45,371 nucleotides of DNA, from NCBI GenBank assembly GCA_963733195.1, contig CAVTCR010000082.1, forward strand, positions 1 through 45,371. Reading direction: 5' to 3'. Made by a program: the position numbers and the translations under genes. Positions 10,637 through 22,069 of the stretch are shown here, piece by piece; positions within the stretch are counted from its first letter, which is position 1, and each line of letters opens with the position of its first letter. The notes under the pieces are model-generated. The model made no database searches. It worked only from the letters and a program-made list of their open reading frames with translations, and had not been told where the DNA came from. This DNA comes from an uncultured delta proteobacterium. Its GTDB lineage: Bacteria > Desulfobacterota > Binatia > Bin18.

Positions 10637-10923
10637 TAGAGGCAGATCGTAGAGAATCACTCTCCAACTATTCCTTGGGAGGGCGAAGGGTGAGTATACA
10701 AAAAACAAGCCAAGAAGGAGGGTGTTAATGGGAAAGCTAACTTTCATCATTAAATAAGTTCCCAAGTGGAAAAGGATCAGGAATAGATTTCGATCATCTG
10801 ATGTTCTACGCTACCATCCATAGGTCGTCGCCCTCCGGGAAGCAAATCAAAGGTCGTGCTTCGATTCTACACTTCCTCCGAGGATTGACGACCTTATCTG
10901 TCAACTCAGGACTGGGGTTTACT

Positions 10924-11420
10924 AAGGATGGTCGTCCGGCGGCGCCCGGCGAACGGGGCGAGGTAGTGCTCACCGCACTCCATTCCTTCGCCATGCCTTT
11001 CATTCGCTTCCGGCTGGGTGACATTGTGACTAAAGGCGACTCTCACTGCGCTTGTGGTCAGCCTTTTGCAACCATCCGCTCCGTGCAAGGACGTATGTTC
11101 GATTATTTCCCACTGCCAGACGGACGCCTCGTGCACCCGTACGAAATTATTGCCATACTAAGCGAGCAGCTCCATGGATTCGCGAATATCAGCTCACTCA
11201 GAAACGGAAGGACCTCGTTGTTCTGTCCCTCGTTCCGGCTTCCTCACCCTCACCGCGAGAGGTCGGGCGCTTACAGACGACCATCGCAACGTTTCTCGGC
11301 CAGCAGGTGGTTTTCACCATCGAAATAGTGCCTGAGATTCAACTTGAACCCAGCGGCAAGTTTCGCGTTTGTCGATACTTTTGTGCACTCAGCCTACGAC
11401 GGGGTCGACTGGTTCAATTC
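10924..11420 (+). pseudogene. C-terminal fragment of a phenylacetate-CoA ligase (PaaK/CapK)-like gene
   Basis: KDGRPAAPGERGEVVLTALHSFAMPFIRFRLGD...GRMFDYFPLPDGRLVHP; close paralogue of the 3' half of 12894-14270, but on the opposite strand and lacking an N-terminus. Confidence 0.75.
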
Positions 11421-11477
11421 CTAACGCGATTTGCCGTGGTGTTACCTGAGGCGGGAATAACATTCTCACTATAACGC

Positions 11478-12875
11478 TCAAGACTTTGGCCCTTCGACCA
11501 TCGCCTTGAAATCCTCATACATTTTAACCACCCTGTCTCGCGACCGCCCAAGAATAGCCGCGCTGAACTTGCCGCTCGCAAGGCAACCGACATTATAGGG
11601 GACTACTCCCTCCCCGGTTTCGGGCATGAAGAAGAGGTTCCCACACAACTTGTCGAGTTCGGCAAACGATTTTGCTTTCGTCATTATGTTTGCCGAAAGA
11701 AACGCCTCGATGTACGGTCCGCCTGTTCGTTCCTGTCTTCTGTTGAGGTGTTCCATCAAGGCCCTGGGATACGCCGCCGCGTTCATTCTCGGGTTAATTT
11801 CGGCAAGAAAATACTCGCACCTTCCCGTTTCCGGATTCACATACTCCCCGAAATCAAAGCCGGCCAACCCACAATACCCTTCAGCCTGTAACCACTCCGA
11901 GATTTTCCGCGCCGACGCCGCCATGTCCTTCACCGTCTTAGCGCTGGAGGGGTACAGATTGCCTTCGTGCGCCAGGTCATCTGTCAAAAGCTGGTCGGTG
12001 ACGCCTACGCATACAATCTTGTCCGGCTCAACGTACATGAGGACATTTGGGGACACGGTGATATCAATCATGGTCTCTATGAGATAGATGTTGTTGCCGG
12101 TTGTCCTCGCAATCTTGCGCAAAGATTCTTGCACCCCCTCAGGCTCACCTTTCACCACGAGCGTTGAGGAGCCCGAGAGGCCACGCGACCCTCTAACAAT
12201 CGCTCTGCCTGTTCTTCGGCTGTGGAGACGTACGGCGGTCTGGATGGGTGTGAAGTCGAGAGGGCTTCCAGCTTGGCGAAAGCTCAACTCCACGACCTCT
12301 CCCTCGGAAACGGGAACGCCAAGCTCTAGGGCTTTTTCCCGAACATGATGTTTCTGATTAACATAGTCAACTATATCCGCATCCCCTCCGAGGACAGAAA
12401 CTTGCCTGTCGAGGACCGTCTCTAGCACAGCCGCCAGCGCAAACTCCTGCGGTGAAGCGATGTAGGGGTTCAAAACGATCTTTTTCTCCGCTTTGAGCAA
12501 CCTTTTGATGGTCGTAAGCGCTTCCCGGTCATTCAGCAGTAAGTCCGAAAGACTCACAGCAAAATTGAGATTGCTCCTCTGCGATACTGCTACGACGTTC
12601 TCCTGATTCGGACCGACTCCCAGGCCGGCAAGAAATTGCAGATACCGATCATCCACCGCATCCAGAACGCACACCAGATCCTCCGGCCTCGCAAGAATAA
12701 GGGGTCGTTCAGGGTATTTTTCAAACCCCGGCAGAGCCGCAGCAAGTTCCTCCACATTCCCTAACGACGCGACGCTATGGACAAAGATTTGCGTGACCCC
12801 AGAACCGCCAAGCGTTTCGATGAGGGAGCTGATGCCATTCTCGCGGTCGAAGTCAGTTCTATATCCTATTGACAT
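11478..12875 (-). CDS. ATP-grasp ligase with pre-ATP-grasp domain (PGM1-like peptide ligase family)
   Basis: Intact 465 aa; NQK..., GSRGLSGSST loop, GYCGLAGFDF and EINPR motifs typical of ATP-grasp enzymes. Confidence 0.75.
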   Translation of the reverse strand: MSIGYRTDFDRENGISSLIETLGGSGVTQIFVHSVASLGNVEELAAALPGFEKYPERPLILARPEDLVCVLDAVDDRYLQFLAGLGVGPNQENVVAVSQRSNLNFAVSLSDLLLNDREALTTIKRLLKAEKKIVLNPYIASPQEFALAAVLETVLDRQVSVLGGDADIVDYVNQKHHVREKALELGVPVSEGEVVELSFRQAGSPLDFTPIQTAVRLHSRRTGRAIVRGSRGLSGSSTLVVKGEPEGVQESLRKIARTTGNNIYLIETMIDITVSPNVLMYVEPDKIVCVGVTDQLLTDDLAHEGNLYPSSAKTVKDMAASARKISEWLQAEGYCGLAGFDFGEYVNPETGRCEYFLAEINPRMNAAAYPRALMEHLNRRQERTGGPYIEAFLSANIMTKAKSFAELDKLCGNLFFMPETGEGVVPYNVGCLASGKFSAAILGRSRDRVVKMYEDFKAMVEGPKS

Positions 12876-12893
12876 TTTCTCACCGGGAAGTCA

Positions 12894-14270
12894 TCAGCGC
12901 GATTCATCACCATGCTCACCGACAGGGGATGATATGGCCGTCTGCGGGTTATCCCAATCAATTCCGTCATAAGCGGATCGCACGAGGGAGCGGGAAACCC
13001 GAAATTTCCCGTTTAGTTCGATCTGAATCTCAGGCACGAGGACCACCTGGAACTCCACCCCTTGCCCGAGCCGGGCGCTGACCGCTTCTTTTAAGGAGGC
13101 CAATTGCCGCGGCGAGGGGGCGGTGGACGGCGCCGCCCGTAAGACGACTCGGTCCTCCTGTTCTTGAACTAACTGGTATTGGCGAATCCAAGAGGCGTCA
13201 ATCAGGTGAGGTACGACAATCTCATAAGGGTGTAGCGCGCGACCGCCGGGGAGCAGAAAGTAGTCGATCATGCGCCCTTGAACCGTCTGGATGGTTGAAA
13301 ACGGTTGTCCGCAGCGGCAGGTCTCCGACCCTTTGACAACGATGTCGCCGAGCCGGAAGCGAATAAGGGCATGGCAAACGAATGGAGGTTCGTTCCCACC
13401 ACCTCACCCCGTTCACCCGCCGCCGCCGGGACGACCGTCCTTAAGGACCTCGACAATCACGCCGTCGTCGCACGTGTGCAGTTCACCCGTCTCCTGGCAT
13501 TCCCACGCCATCACATTGAACTCGTTACTCGCATACAGGTTGAAAACAGGAGCGGCGAAAGTCTCAGTGATATGCCGTCGCATCAGCGGGGTTAAGACTT
13601 CTCCGCCGACCGCAACGAAACGGGGGCGGATGGCCAAGCGGTCGCCATCGCTGACAGTCTGAGCTAGCCGCGCCAGTACGCCCGCGAACCCGCTGAGAAC
13701 ATCGGGACGGAAATCCCGCAAGGCGCGCAGGATGTCCTCCGGAGGTAACAGGCAACTGACCCGCAGTTTGCGGTAGAGGCCCAGCGTCTGGAGGATGCGC
13801 AGAGGTAGCGGGTTATAATGGGCGGACGTCGGTCGGAGGACGACACTGGCCTCCCGGTCTGAAACGCGGAGCCCGAGCTCGCGGATGGTGCGCAGTCGTA
13901 ATACGCCGCCGAGGCGCGCCTCAAACCGGGAGCGGCGGATGGTGAACGGCTCGCCCGAGGAACCGCTGGTCCTGTGGGCGATAAGGCGTGTAGGGTTTAC
14001 GCCACGCGCCACGACCTCTTCCACCGGCAACGACTGAAGGTTCCTCTTTGAAGTAATGGGAATAAGGGGAAGGTCGGCCGCGCCGCGGATATCGCCAGGC
14101 TTAAGGCCGTGCCGATCGAACAGCCTGCGGTAGTAGGGGACATGTCTCGTAGGCGTGAGCGATGAGGCGACGCAACTGCTCGTCTCGGAAGGCAGTGATT
14201 GCTCTCGGGCGGCGTGCGGATGACGCAACAGAGCAGATATGGTTGCTAGTGGAGAAAATTGGAACGCCAT
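12894..14270 (-). CDS. Phenylacetate-CoA ligase (PaaK/CapK)-like adenylating enzyme, frameshifted
   Basis: VPYYRRLF, RTSGSSGEP, YASNEF, GEVVGTNLHSFAMP and IRQYQLVQ motifs in consecutive fragments. Confidence 0.85.
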
Positions 14271-14288
14271 GGCGTGTCTTCGCTCCTC

Positions 14289-15642
14289 TCAGTCGCGCTG
14301 TGCGTGGGCCTCTGCCCCCGCACCTTTGACCGTAGGCCTCTTTGCTGTGGAGGTCGGCGCGGTCTGGAGATCTGCGCCGAGCGGAGAGAGAACCTGCAGA
14401 TCAAACTCCGGCCGCAACTGGTCACAGATGTCGCAGGAAATTATTTTCCTGCAGGAGGTCGTCCAGCAGCCGATCTCGCCAAATTGGGCAAAGACGATTC
14501 GTGAAAGATGCTCGGTCGTCCGCCCTTTAGAGAAGAACAAGATCTCCACTCCGCAACTCTCTCTTCAGATACGCTGCGGCCTGCGCGGGAGTAATGAACT
14601 CGAGCACCCGATCTCTTGCCAGCCCAGTGGCGACCGCCGCCTTTACTGCGTAGTGTCCGTGTTCGCCAACAAAGATGGCAAGATCGGCGACCTGCGCCGC
14701 TTGTCGCCCCAACTTTCTGAAGCGGACACGATTATTTTCCCGTGAGTCAGAAATATTTCCTAACACCAGAACTTTTCGCCGGGTTCGTGCTTCCGTGAAC
14801 ACACGCATCGCGGCTTCCATTGTGTCGGGTGACGCGTTGTATTCGTCACGAAGAATAGTAGCGCCATTCGGCAAGTGGATCGGCTGCATGCGGCCCATGA
14901 ACGGCTGAACCCGATCGAGGGCGGCGGCGGCCTCGGGCAACGCAATGTCACACGTCTCAGCCACAAGGATCGCCGCCAGAATCGAATTGACCCAGTGTTC
15001 GCCGACTAAGTTCGTCTGTACTTTTTGCGTTGTAGAAGCAGTCCGCACGTGCACGTTGAGCCGTGCAGGCCACTGCGAGGAAACTTCTTCGGCCCAGAGG
15101 TCAAGTCCAGCAGAGCGTCCAAACCATTTCACCGGCCCTCGATAGCCGTCAGCCATGCCCCGCACTCGCGGATCATCCGCATTGAGGATCGCTATCCCAT
15201 TCGACGCCAGTCCCGTGAGGAGCTGCGCTTTCTCCGCCGCAGTCTCATCGAGCGTACGAAACACATTGGTATGAGTACGGGCAACTGTGAGGATAACTGC
15301 AATGTGAGGCCGGACCAGCCGCGCGGCTCTTCTTATCACCCCAGGTTGCACATTCCCGGTCTCAATCACTGCAAACCGATGCCAGGGGCGGACACGCAGC
15401 AGAGAACGCGCCGCGCCGTAATAGTCATTCTGATTGTAGAGCGTCTTGGCCGTCGGATAGCGCGCGGCCAGGACTGCGGCAACACACTCTTTCGTGGTAG
15501 TCTTTCCGACGCTGCCGGTGATAGCAATGAAGGTGGTCCGCAAGAGGAGACGACGCCACACGTACGCTGCCACATAGAGCAACCGCAGCTTACACTGCCA
15601 AAGCAGTGTTCCCACTTTGCGACGAAAGAGTATGATATTCAT
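14289..15642 (-). CDS. MurF-like Mur ligase lacking the N-terminal domain, with a Cys-rich C-terminus (frameshift near 14530)
   Basis: AITGSVGKTTTKE, EK, LNADD and DEYNASP motifs; LL/KGR junction continues as CWTTSCRKIISCDIC. Confidence 0.8.
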
Positions 15643-17558
15643 AGTGTTTTCTCCTCGCGCCCGCCGGGCTGAGAGTTACGCAAGAACACGTCATCCCAGA
15701 GTTGGACTTTCAGGACGGCCATCAGCACCCAACCATAGTCGGCGTGGCCGGCCTGATGTTGCTGGAGCATGTGACACACGCGCTGCGAATCGAAATACCC
15801 TTTGTCTCGGACTTTTCGTTCCGACAACAGCTCGCTCGCAAATTCCGGCAACCGCCGCAGCCAGGAATGAAATGGAGCGGTAAGTCCGCGTTTTTTTTCT
15901 GTGCACAATTTCCGGTGGCAAGATTTCAACCATAGCCCGACGCAGAACATGTTTCTCCTCTAGGCGATGCATTTTGACCTGCGGTGGAATCTGGGCACAC
16001 AGTTTCGACAAATTCATGATCGAGAAACGGCACCCGAACTTCTAAGGAATACGCCATCGACATCGTATCCAGATAACGCACGATATAGTCAGCTAGCCGA
16101 ACGTTCATCTCCAGGTACTGCAAGCGAGCAAAGGGATGCCATCTCGAAAAGTCTTGCGGCAAGGAAAAGGAATCTTCACCGTTAGGCTCAACCCGCAATC
16201 GCTGGCGCAGCTCTTTGGCAAAGAGCCGCTCGCCCCGCCCCTGCGGAGGTAGGCCAATCATGCGTTTGTAGCCTGTCAGACTGAGTGGGTCTGGTGTCCG
16301 CAAAACTTCACTGGGATAGATCCATTTTCTCCTTACGCGCAGCAGCGCAGCCAGCAAGCGACGCATTCTCAAAGGAAACCCGAGAACCGGTTGCAAGCGT
16401 TTCAGGCGATGAAACCAGGGATAGCCGCCAAATACCTCGTCCGACCCTTCACCGGATAAAACGACTTTCAGGTTTCGAGCCGACTCCTGGGCCAACAACA
16501 AACGCGAAACTTCAGTTCCTCCAGTGTGGGGGTCCTCACTGTGCCACAGCGACTGCGGCAGACGAGTGATGTCCTCAGTCGTGCAGACGGATCTGCTGAT
16601 TTGACAGCTCGTAGAGCGGGGAAAAAACTCGCTGAGCAGTCGGTTATTGCGCACCTCGTCAACCCTCGGATCATCAAAGGCTAACGTAAAGGTCTGTACC
16701 GAACGATCGAGGAGTCGCTGCATCAAAGCTGTAACGGTGCTCGAGTCGATTCCCCGGACTGAGCCCATGCACCGACTGGCACATCACTGCGGAGGTGCAG
16801 ACGGACGGATTCTTCGAGTTTCGCCCGGACCTGTTCGGCCCACTGTTGAGGATCAGTCGCAGCGGGTCTTCCCCGTGAGCCGGGAAACAGAGTTCCCAAT
16901 ACCGATGGAGCGTCGCTCGCCCTTCTTGATACAGAAGATAATGCGCCGGCGGGAGGCGATGGATCTTGCGGAAGAAGGTTTTCGGCCTCAGGACAAAGCC
17001 GATCGTAAACACATCGTCTAGCGCATGAATATCGAGTTCACGTTCGACCTGCCCACTGGCGAGGATCGCCTTCGACTCTGAGCCGAAGAGGAGCCCGTCA
17101 GTCGTTATCGTATAGTGCAGGGGCTTGATCCCGAGGCGATCACGGGCAAGCATGAGACAGCGCCGACGGCTATCCCACAAGGCGAATCCGAACATCCCCC
17201 GCAGGCGGTGGACACACTCGGCCCCAAACTCTTCGTATAGATGAACAATGACTTCACAGTCTGACTGTGTACGAAAACAGTGTCCTTTTGCGACCAGCTC
17301 GTGTCTCAACTCCTGAAAATTATAGATTTCGCCGTTGCAGACGACAGCGACTGTCCTGTCCTCATTGAAAAGCGGCTGGTCACCGGTTTGCAGGTCGATG
17401 ATACTGAGACGTTGAATGCCAAGTCCGATGCCGGGAGCGATGTGGAAGCCGACACTATCCGGTCCTCGATGGCGAATACTGTCTATCATCCGAGCGAGGA
17501 GATCGCGCTCGACTGGCTGTTCGGGGTGATTGTACACGACACCACCAATGCCGCACAT
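15639..17558 (-). CDS. asnB: Asparagine synthase (glutamine-hydrolysing)-like amidotransferase, frameshifted
   Basis: MCGIGG start, HRGPD, NGEIYN, RDRLGIKP, GIDSS, SGEGSDEVFGGY and EVRVPFLD motifs. Confidence 0.9.
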
Positions 17559-17576
17559 ATTCGCCCTCTTCTTTCT

Positions 17577-18526
17577 TTACGAGTCCTGAGTGAATGTGCT
17601 CGCAGCGAAACTTCGCATGCGCCTCGCATCCGCGAACACCCGCAAAAAACGCGGTCCCACCTCACCCAAAAGAGATTGCAGATTAAAGAATTGTTCAAAG
17701 GACGGCCCCATGAGCATGCGAATGCCAATCTGGATGAACGCCATAGCTGGGACTATGAGCCAACGTGCTCTAGAGCTGAACAATGCAAGCGGGTAACCGA
17801 TCTCAAACACTACGGTTGCCGCAGCGAGAACTGACAGAGCCAGCCGTACTGAGCGACATGAAGACCCCACGCTGTCAGCGGCTCAGCGCCGGAGAGAAAA
17901 TAATTGCTTTGGATTAACAGTATCGCCATGTTGTCCGAAACAATCCACTCTATGCCCGAGCGCCTGAGCTTTGAGAAGCCCGCCCCAAAGAAGATAAGCG
18001 CCATGACGAGCCAGACGGCCCGCACCGGCCAGGTATATTCGCCGCTCATCAGCGGGTGCGTTACCGATGGCTCGCCCCTACGCCGAGCCGTGCGCAGCAG
18101 TTGATCAACCGACCAACTATCGCCGCAGCGGGATAACGCCATGATTCCCAAGACGAATACCAAAATTGCATTACTATGGGATAACAGGCCAAAGTTGTAC
18201 GGCAACCCTAATAAATACACCCCGAGAATGAAGGAGGTCACAGTGCTGAGGCGTGTAAAGAGACCGATGCAGCTTAACCCGAGCGTCACCTTCCAGAGGG
18301 CCTGAATGACGGCCAAAAGAGGCGCGGATAGCACTGGCAAGTGAAGACATCTGAAGAGCCCAATCGGTTTCCAGAAGACGGGTGAGACTTCAGCCCAGGC
18401 GACGAAATCCTGCGGCAGATACAGCGCAAAGAGCGCGCCGAAGAAAAGTATTCTACAAAAACCGAGGTTAACGGGCGACGCTGGCTCGAACCAGAAGATC
18501 TCCCACCGTTCACGCAGCCGCGACAT
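17577..18526 (-). CDS. HTTM-domain membrane protein (vitamin K-dependent carboxylase/SdpB-like), frameshift near 17840
   Basis: LGFCRILF, IGLFTR, HSN, WSVD, WPVR...FFGAGFSKL and FEIGYP; multiple hydrophobic helices. Confidence 0.75.
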
Positions 18527-18528
18527 CG

Positions 18529-19059
18529 TTACCTCTTTTCCTCTACAGGCGGTGTCACCGCAAAGATGAGGTTCTTACCATCCGGTCGGTCGATGTTGCG
18601 CGCCCACGGATCAAGCTTCCAGTAGAGCCGGTAGAGTTTAACGCCCTGGAGCGCCGGCCCATCGTGCTGACCGGCAAGACGCCGCTCTTCGTACCGTCTC
18701 AGCACGTCACGCAACGCGTCTCCCAACAACTGCTCGCGATTCGCACTCTGTAACATCCAGTTTAACGCGCGTCGCAAACGGTACGGATTGAAAGGCTGAA
18801 GATATTGGAAGGTCGTCAGAGGTATTTCACGAGGCGGATCACTTTCCGTGACGCCAAACAACCGGGTGAGGGTTAAGGAGTAGTCCCGATTGACCCAGGA
18901 GTACATCGCGTACTGAGAGAACGGCCAGTGCTCCGTATCGGTGATGATATCAAAGAGTGATCCCCCAGTAATTACCGTGATGACGGCATACACGAGCCAG
19001 ACGCGTTGTTTACTCAACCTTCCCACGGACGCTTCGCGCGCCCCAAGCCTTATATTCAT
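18529..19059 (-). CDS. Single-TM hypothetical protein, HTTM partner
   Basis: One hydrophobic helix followed by EHWPFSQYAMYS; ends 2 bp before the HTTM start. Confidence 0.65.
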   Translation of the reverse strand: MNIRLGAREASVGRLSKQRVWLVYAVITVITGGSLFDIITDTEHWPFSQYAMYSWVNRDYSLTLTRLFGVTESDPPREIPLTTFQYLQPFNPYRLRRALNWMLQSANREQLLGDALRDVLRRYEERRLAGQHDGPALQGVKLYRLYWKLDPWARNIDRPDGKNLIFAVTPPVEEKR

Positions 19060-19129
19060 AAGTTCTCCAGCGTGAAGCCTCAATCTAAATAGGACCACAG
19101 GACATTCGTACACTGTAGCACTTGTTGTG

Positions 19130-19217
19130 AAATCCTACCTATGCCTCCTTTTTCCAAGGAGGAGAACTCAAAAGCCCCCTTTGTAAAAGGGGGCCGCGCG
19201 CAGCGCGGGGGGATTTT
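19130..19217. repeat. REP cluster (CCCCCTTTGTAAAAGGGGG type)
   Basis: ctccttttt-cc-aaggag and gccccctttgtaaaagggggc hairpins, then gggggattt. Confidence 0.7.
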
Positions 19218-19299
19218 TGTCAGGGACTATGTTCAATCTCCGGTGGTTCGATTTTCTACGATTCTTCGCGGCTTTTCGTTATGATTATAAGAAATCAGA

Positions 19300-20260
19300 A
19301 AATAGTCATGGCGAATTGGTTTTCCAAAGCCTTTCTTGGAACGCTTTCACGTTGTGGCATGTACGTCATGAGGCGCGATTGCCGTATCTTCCGTTGGCGG
19401 ATATTCTTGCGATGCAGAGTCGGCGAGTCCACTCCATAGTCGCTCACGCATATCAGACCGTGCCGTACTACCGAGAAGTCATGGATAGCGCCGGTCTTCG
19501 ACCGACAGATTTCCGGACAGCTAGTGACCTTGCTCGGTTACCCATCTTTAAGTTAGTGACCAGGTGGCGCGCGACCCGAGAGCGATTTTCTGTCCCGCCG
19601 TTATCGGAACGGGCGTAGTCTTCGAATTACAGGTCTAGCGGAACTCAAGGGCGGTATCGGAGAATTCAGTATGACATGCCGCTCTGTCCTTAGCGCTCGC
19701 TCATGATCACCGGCAGCGGCATCGTTATGAAACACTTCGTCGGTCGTCTCTTTGGGCATCGGGAGATAGCGATTGCCCGGCCGGGAAATATAGGCATGAA
19801 GATTCGTGATTTTTATGAATCCAATTGCTGGGCGCCGAAGAAGATCGCTCTCCCTCCTAGTAGTCAGTCACATTGGATTTGCGGGGTGATCTCCAATTCA
19901 TGCCCGCGTAAGCGGGCATCCAGAATCTTCAAGCGGCGGCGGTGTCTTAACCTCCCTGGATTCCCGCTTGCGCGAGAATGACGCCACCACATCCGCCCCT
20001 CAGAATCAACATGACTGACTACTAGTCGTCTGTCTCCTGGCGACTCACTGGAAGACAGCGTCACGCACATGAATGAGATCAAACCGTATGTTATACGGGC
20101 TATGGATCGGCTATTGGAGACCTCTTCCGCCGGGCATGGGAACGCAAGCTGCTCAACTGGCGGCCAAAGCTTGTGCTGTACGGTGGAGATCAGATGCCCG
20201 ATGCGGACCGGCAGTTGCTTGAGACCGAGCTGCGGATTCCAGTGCTTTCGTCGTATCAGG
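19300..20260 (+). pseudogene. Degraded N-terminal half of a PaaK/CapK-like ligase
   Basis: QSRRVHSIVAHAYQTVPYYRE...DFRT and LYGGDQMPDADRQLLETELRIPVLSSYQA resemble 22070-23504; contains stops and is interrupted by REPs. Confidence 0.7.
19897..19983. repeat. REP pair (TCATGCCCGCGTAAGCGGGCATCCAG...CTGGATTCCCGCTTGCGCGAGAATGAC)
   Basis: Inverted pair of palindromic units interrupting the PaaK-like pseudogene. Confidence 0.75.
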
Positions 20261-20323
20261 CGGCGCAAGCCGGGACCCAGAAATTGCCGGCCCGCGCGCT
20301 TCCGGCTTGCGCCGGAATGACGA
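20261..20323. repeat. REP pair (CGGCGCAAGCCGG...CCGGCTTGCGCCGGAATGAC)
   Basis: Inverted palindromes at the point where the PaaK-like homology ends. Confidence 0.7.
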
Positions 20324-20501
20324 ACATGGATGTCGCTGTAACTCACTTACGCAAAGCTCAATAGACTGCCGGTTACAGCAATTCTGGACCCTTGTTGAGG
20401 GATGGCGATCGGCCGCTGGTTAACGGTCGCCTCCGCGTCGCCTGGCATCCGCTAGTGCTCCTCCTCCGTCAGCTCAGGCTATACGCAGGCGAGGCTTGCA
20501 A

Positions 20502-21522
20502 CTACCAAGCCCCAGGGCTAGGGCGGACCTTCCACCGCCACCCAGGATTTTCTTGGAATACACACTTTGGACAAATTACAGGCACTAACTGCAGCAGTAT
20601 ACCGGTTGTACACTTCTTGATGGAAGTCATGGAATTTTTCCTTACGCGGAGGAAGTGCGGCCAGTTCGATTCATTAACAAAGTTGGCACTCAAACTGATT
20701 GAGGTGCTCTGGATCTCCGTTGTGTGCCACCATCCAGCGGGTACGAAAATGACGTCGCCCGGCCCAATGATACCGACAGCCGGGCCCGTGTGTTCAAAAA
20801 GAGGGGCGAGCTGTGCATCGTAGCTGATACCGGGTTGGGGTTCCACGGTTACGGACCACGGTTCCACCGACGTGAGATCCTGAGACCTTGGTGGCCAAGC
20901 CCAGAACTTCTTCTGGCCATAAACTGGGGCAATCCATGCGTGCGTGAGCCCAAGATTTTTATTAGTGCACATTCGGGAATCTGCCTCCAGTCGGACCTAA
21001 GAAGAACTCCACCATATTAACCTTCCATAGGGCTGAGAGCTAAGCAAGGCCGACAATAGGCAACTGACCAATGTGATGCAACCAATTGGGGGAAAAAGTA
21101 CTTCGGCAGTACGAAAATCCCCTTGTAATTCGGGAAATAGATTATGGAGCGGGTAATTTCGTAACAGTGGCAACTTTTCGCCATCGTGCCCCGAATTCGT
21201 AATCTCATCGATGTATGTACGAAGCTCCATGGCGTGGCCACCGGTCATGTGATACGGATCCAGGTCAGCCTTCGATTTTTCGGAGCTTTTCACACCTGGA
21301 AGTCGGCGCTGGATCGACACAACGACGGTATCCGTAGTGCTCGCGGAAAAACGCGGGACTCCACCGTGAGACGCACGGAAGCCCAGCGATTGCGCCGCGA
21401 ATAATCACTGGCACGCGAGGGTATAGGTGGCCCGTGACAAAGTCCTCATAGCTTAAGGATGCGGGCTCGCTCGCAATCTTCGTGGCCGTGAGCTCAGTAA
21501 CTTGCGTCAGAAACTTTGACAT
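20502..21522 (-). CDS. JmjC/cupin-like 8 domain oxygenase, frameshifted or degenerate
   Basis: PVIIRGAI...WSPAFF, YGQKKFW, GPGDVIFVPAGWWHTT and ISLSANF motifs over three frames. Confidence 0.7.
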
Positions 21523-21696
21523 GGTCGGCTTGTATTAGCTAGTACTCGCTCGGGATGCTGCATTAAACTCCAAGTTTTAGCTCGGGAGTATAGGAATCTT
21601 ACACCCTTTTTCGCTAATAAGAAGAGTACCGCTGAGCGAGTGAGTTTATCAAACACGCGAGTCCTTGGTCCATGCGACCTCTGGGCCTTAGCAAAG

Positions 21697-22041
21697 TCAC
21701 CCGTGTTGTAGCGAATGATCGGCATAGCCCACATGCCCACGCTCAAGTTGGCGGCGGACCTGAGACGGGTCCTCCTCGGGGCGGAAGTTGAGATATTCAT
21801 CCACCTCGGTTTTCTTGAGTAGGTCGATCGTCACTGGCAGGCTGGACGTTGCCTCAGGGGGAGACTCACTGAGATAACGACCGAAGAAAAAGAGCCGGCG
21901 ATACACCATAAGTTTATCCAGGGTCTTGAACCACAGACTCCTAATACCTTCTTTGTGTAGAACCTCAACGACTTGCCTCCATATCCCTTGCCGGGGCCGC
22001 TGGCCTTCTCTCAGATTTGCGGGTGTGATTTCTTTTGTCAT
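21697..22041 (-). pseudogene. Truncated GNAT acetyltransferase (N-terminal part)
   Basis: Clear paralogue of 25455-26099 (EGIRSLWFK, YRRL, LPVTIDLLK.TEV.EYL.FR); homology stops at GH near 21732. Confidence 0.7.
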
Positions 22042-22069
22042 CTCGGGTAGCTCCAGAGCGCGCCACTAG

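Noticed and set aside
14289-15642. Housekeeping murF
   Set aside because: It lacks the N-terminal domain and any dcw context, so no gene symbol was assigned
15639-17558. Lasso peptide cyclase / RiPP cluster
   Set aside because: The AsnB keeps a full glutaminase domain with N-terminal Cys, and no B1/B2 proteins or precursor peptide were recognised
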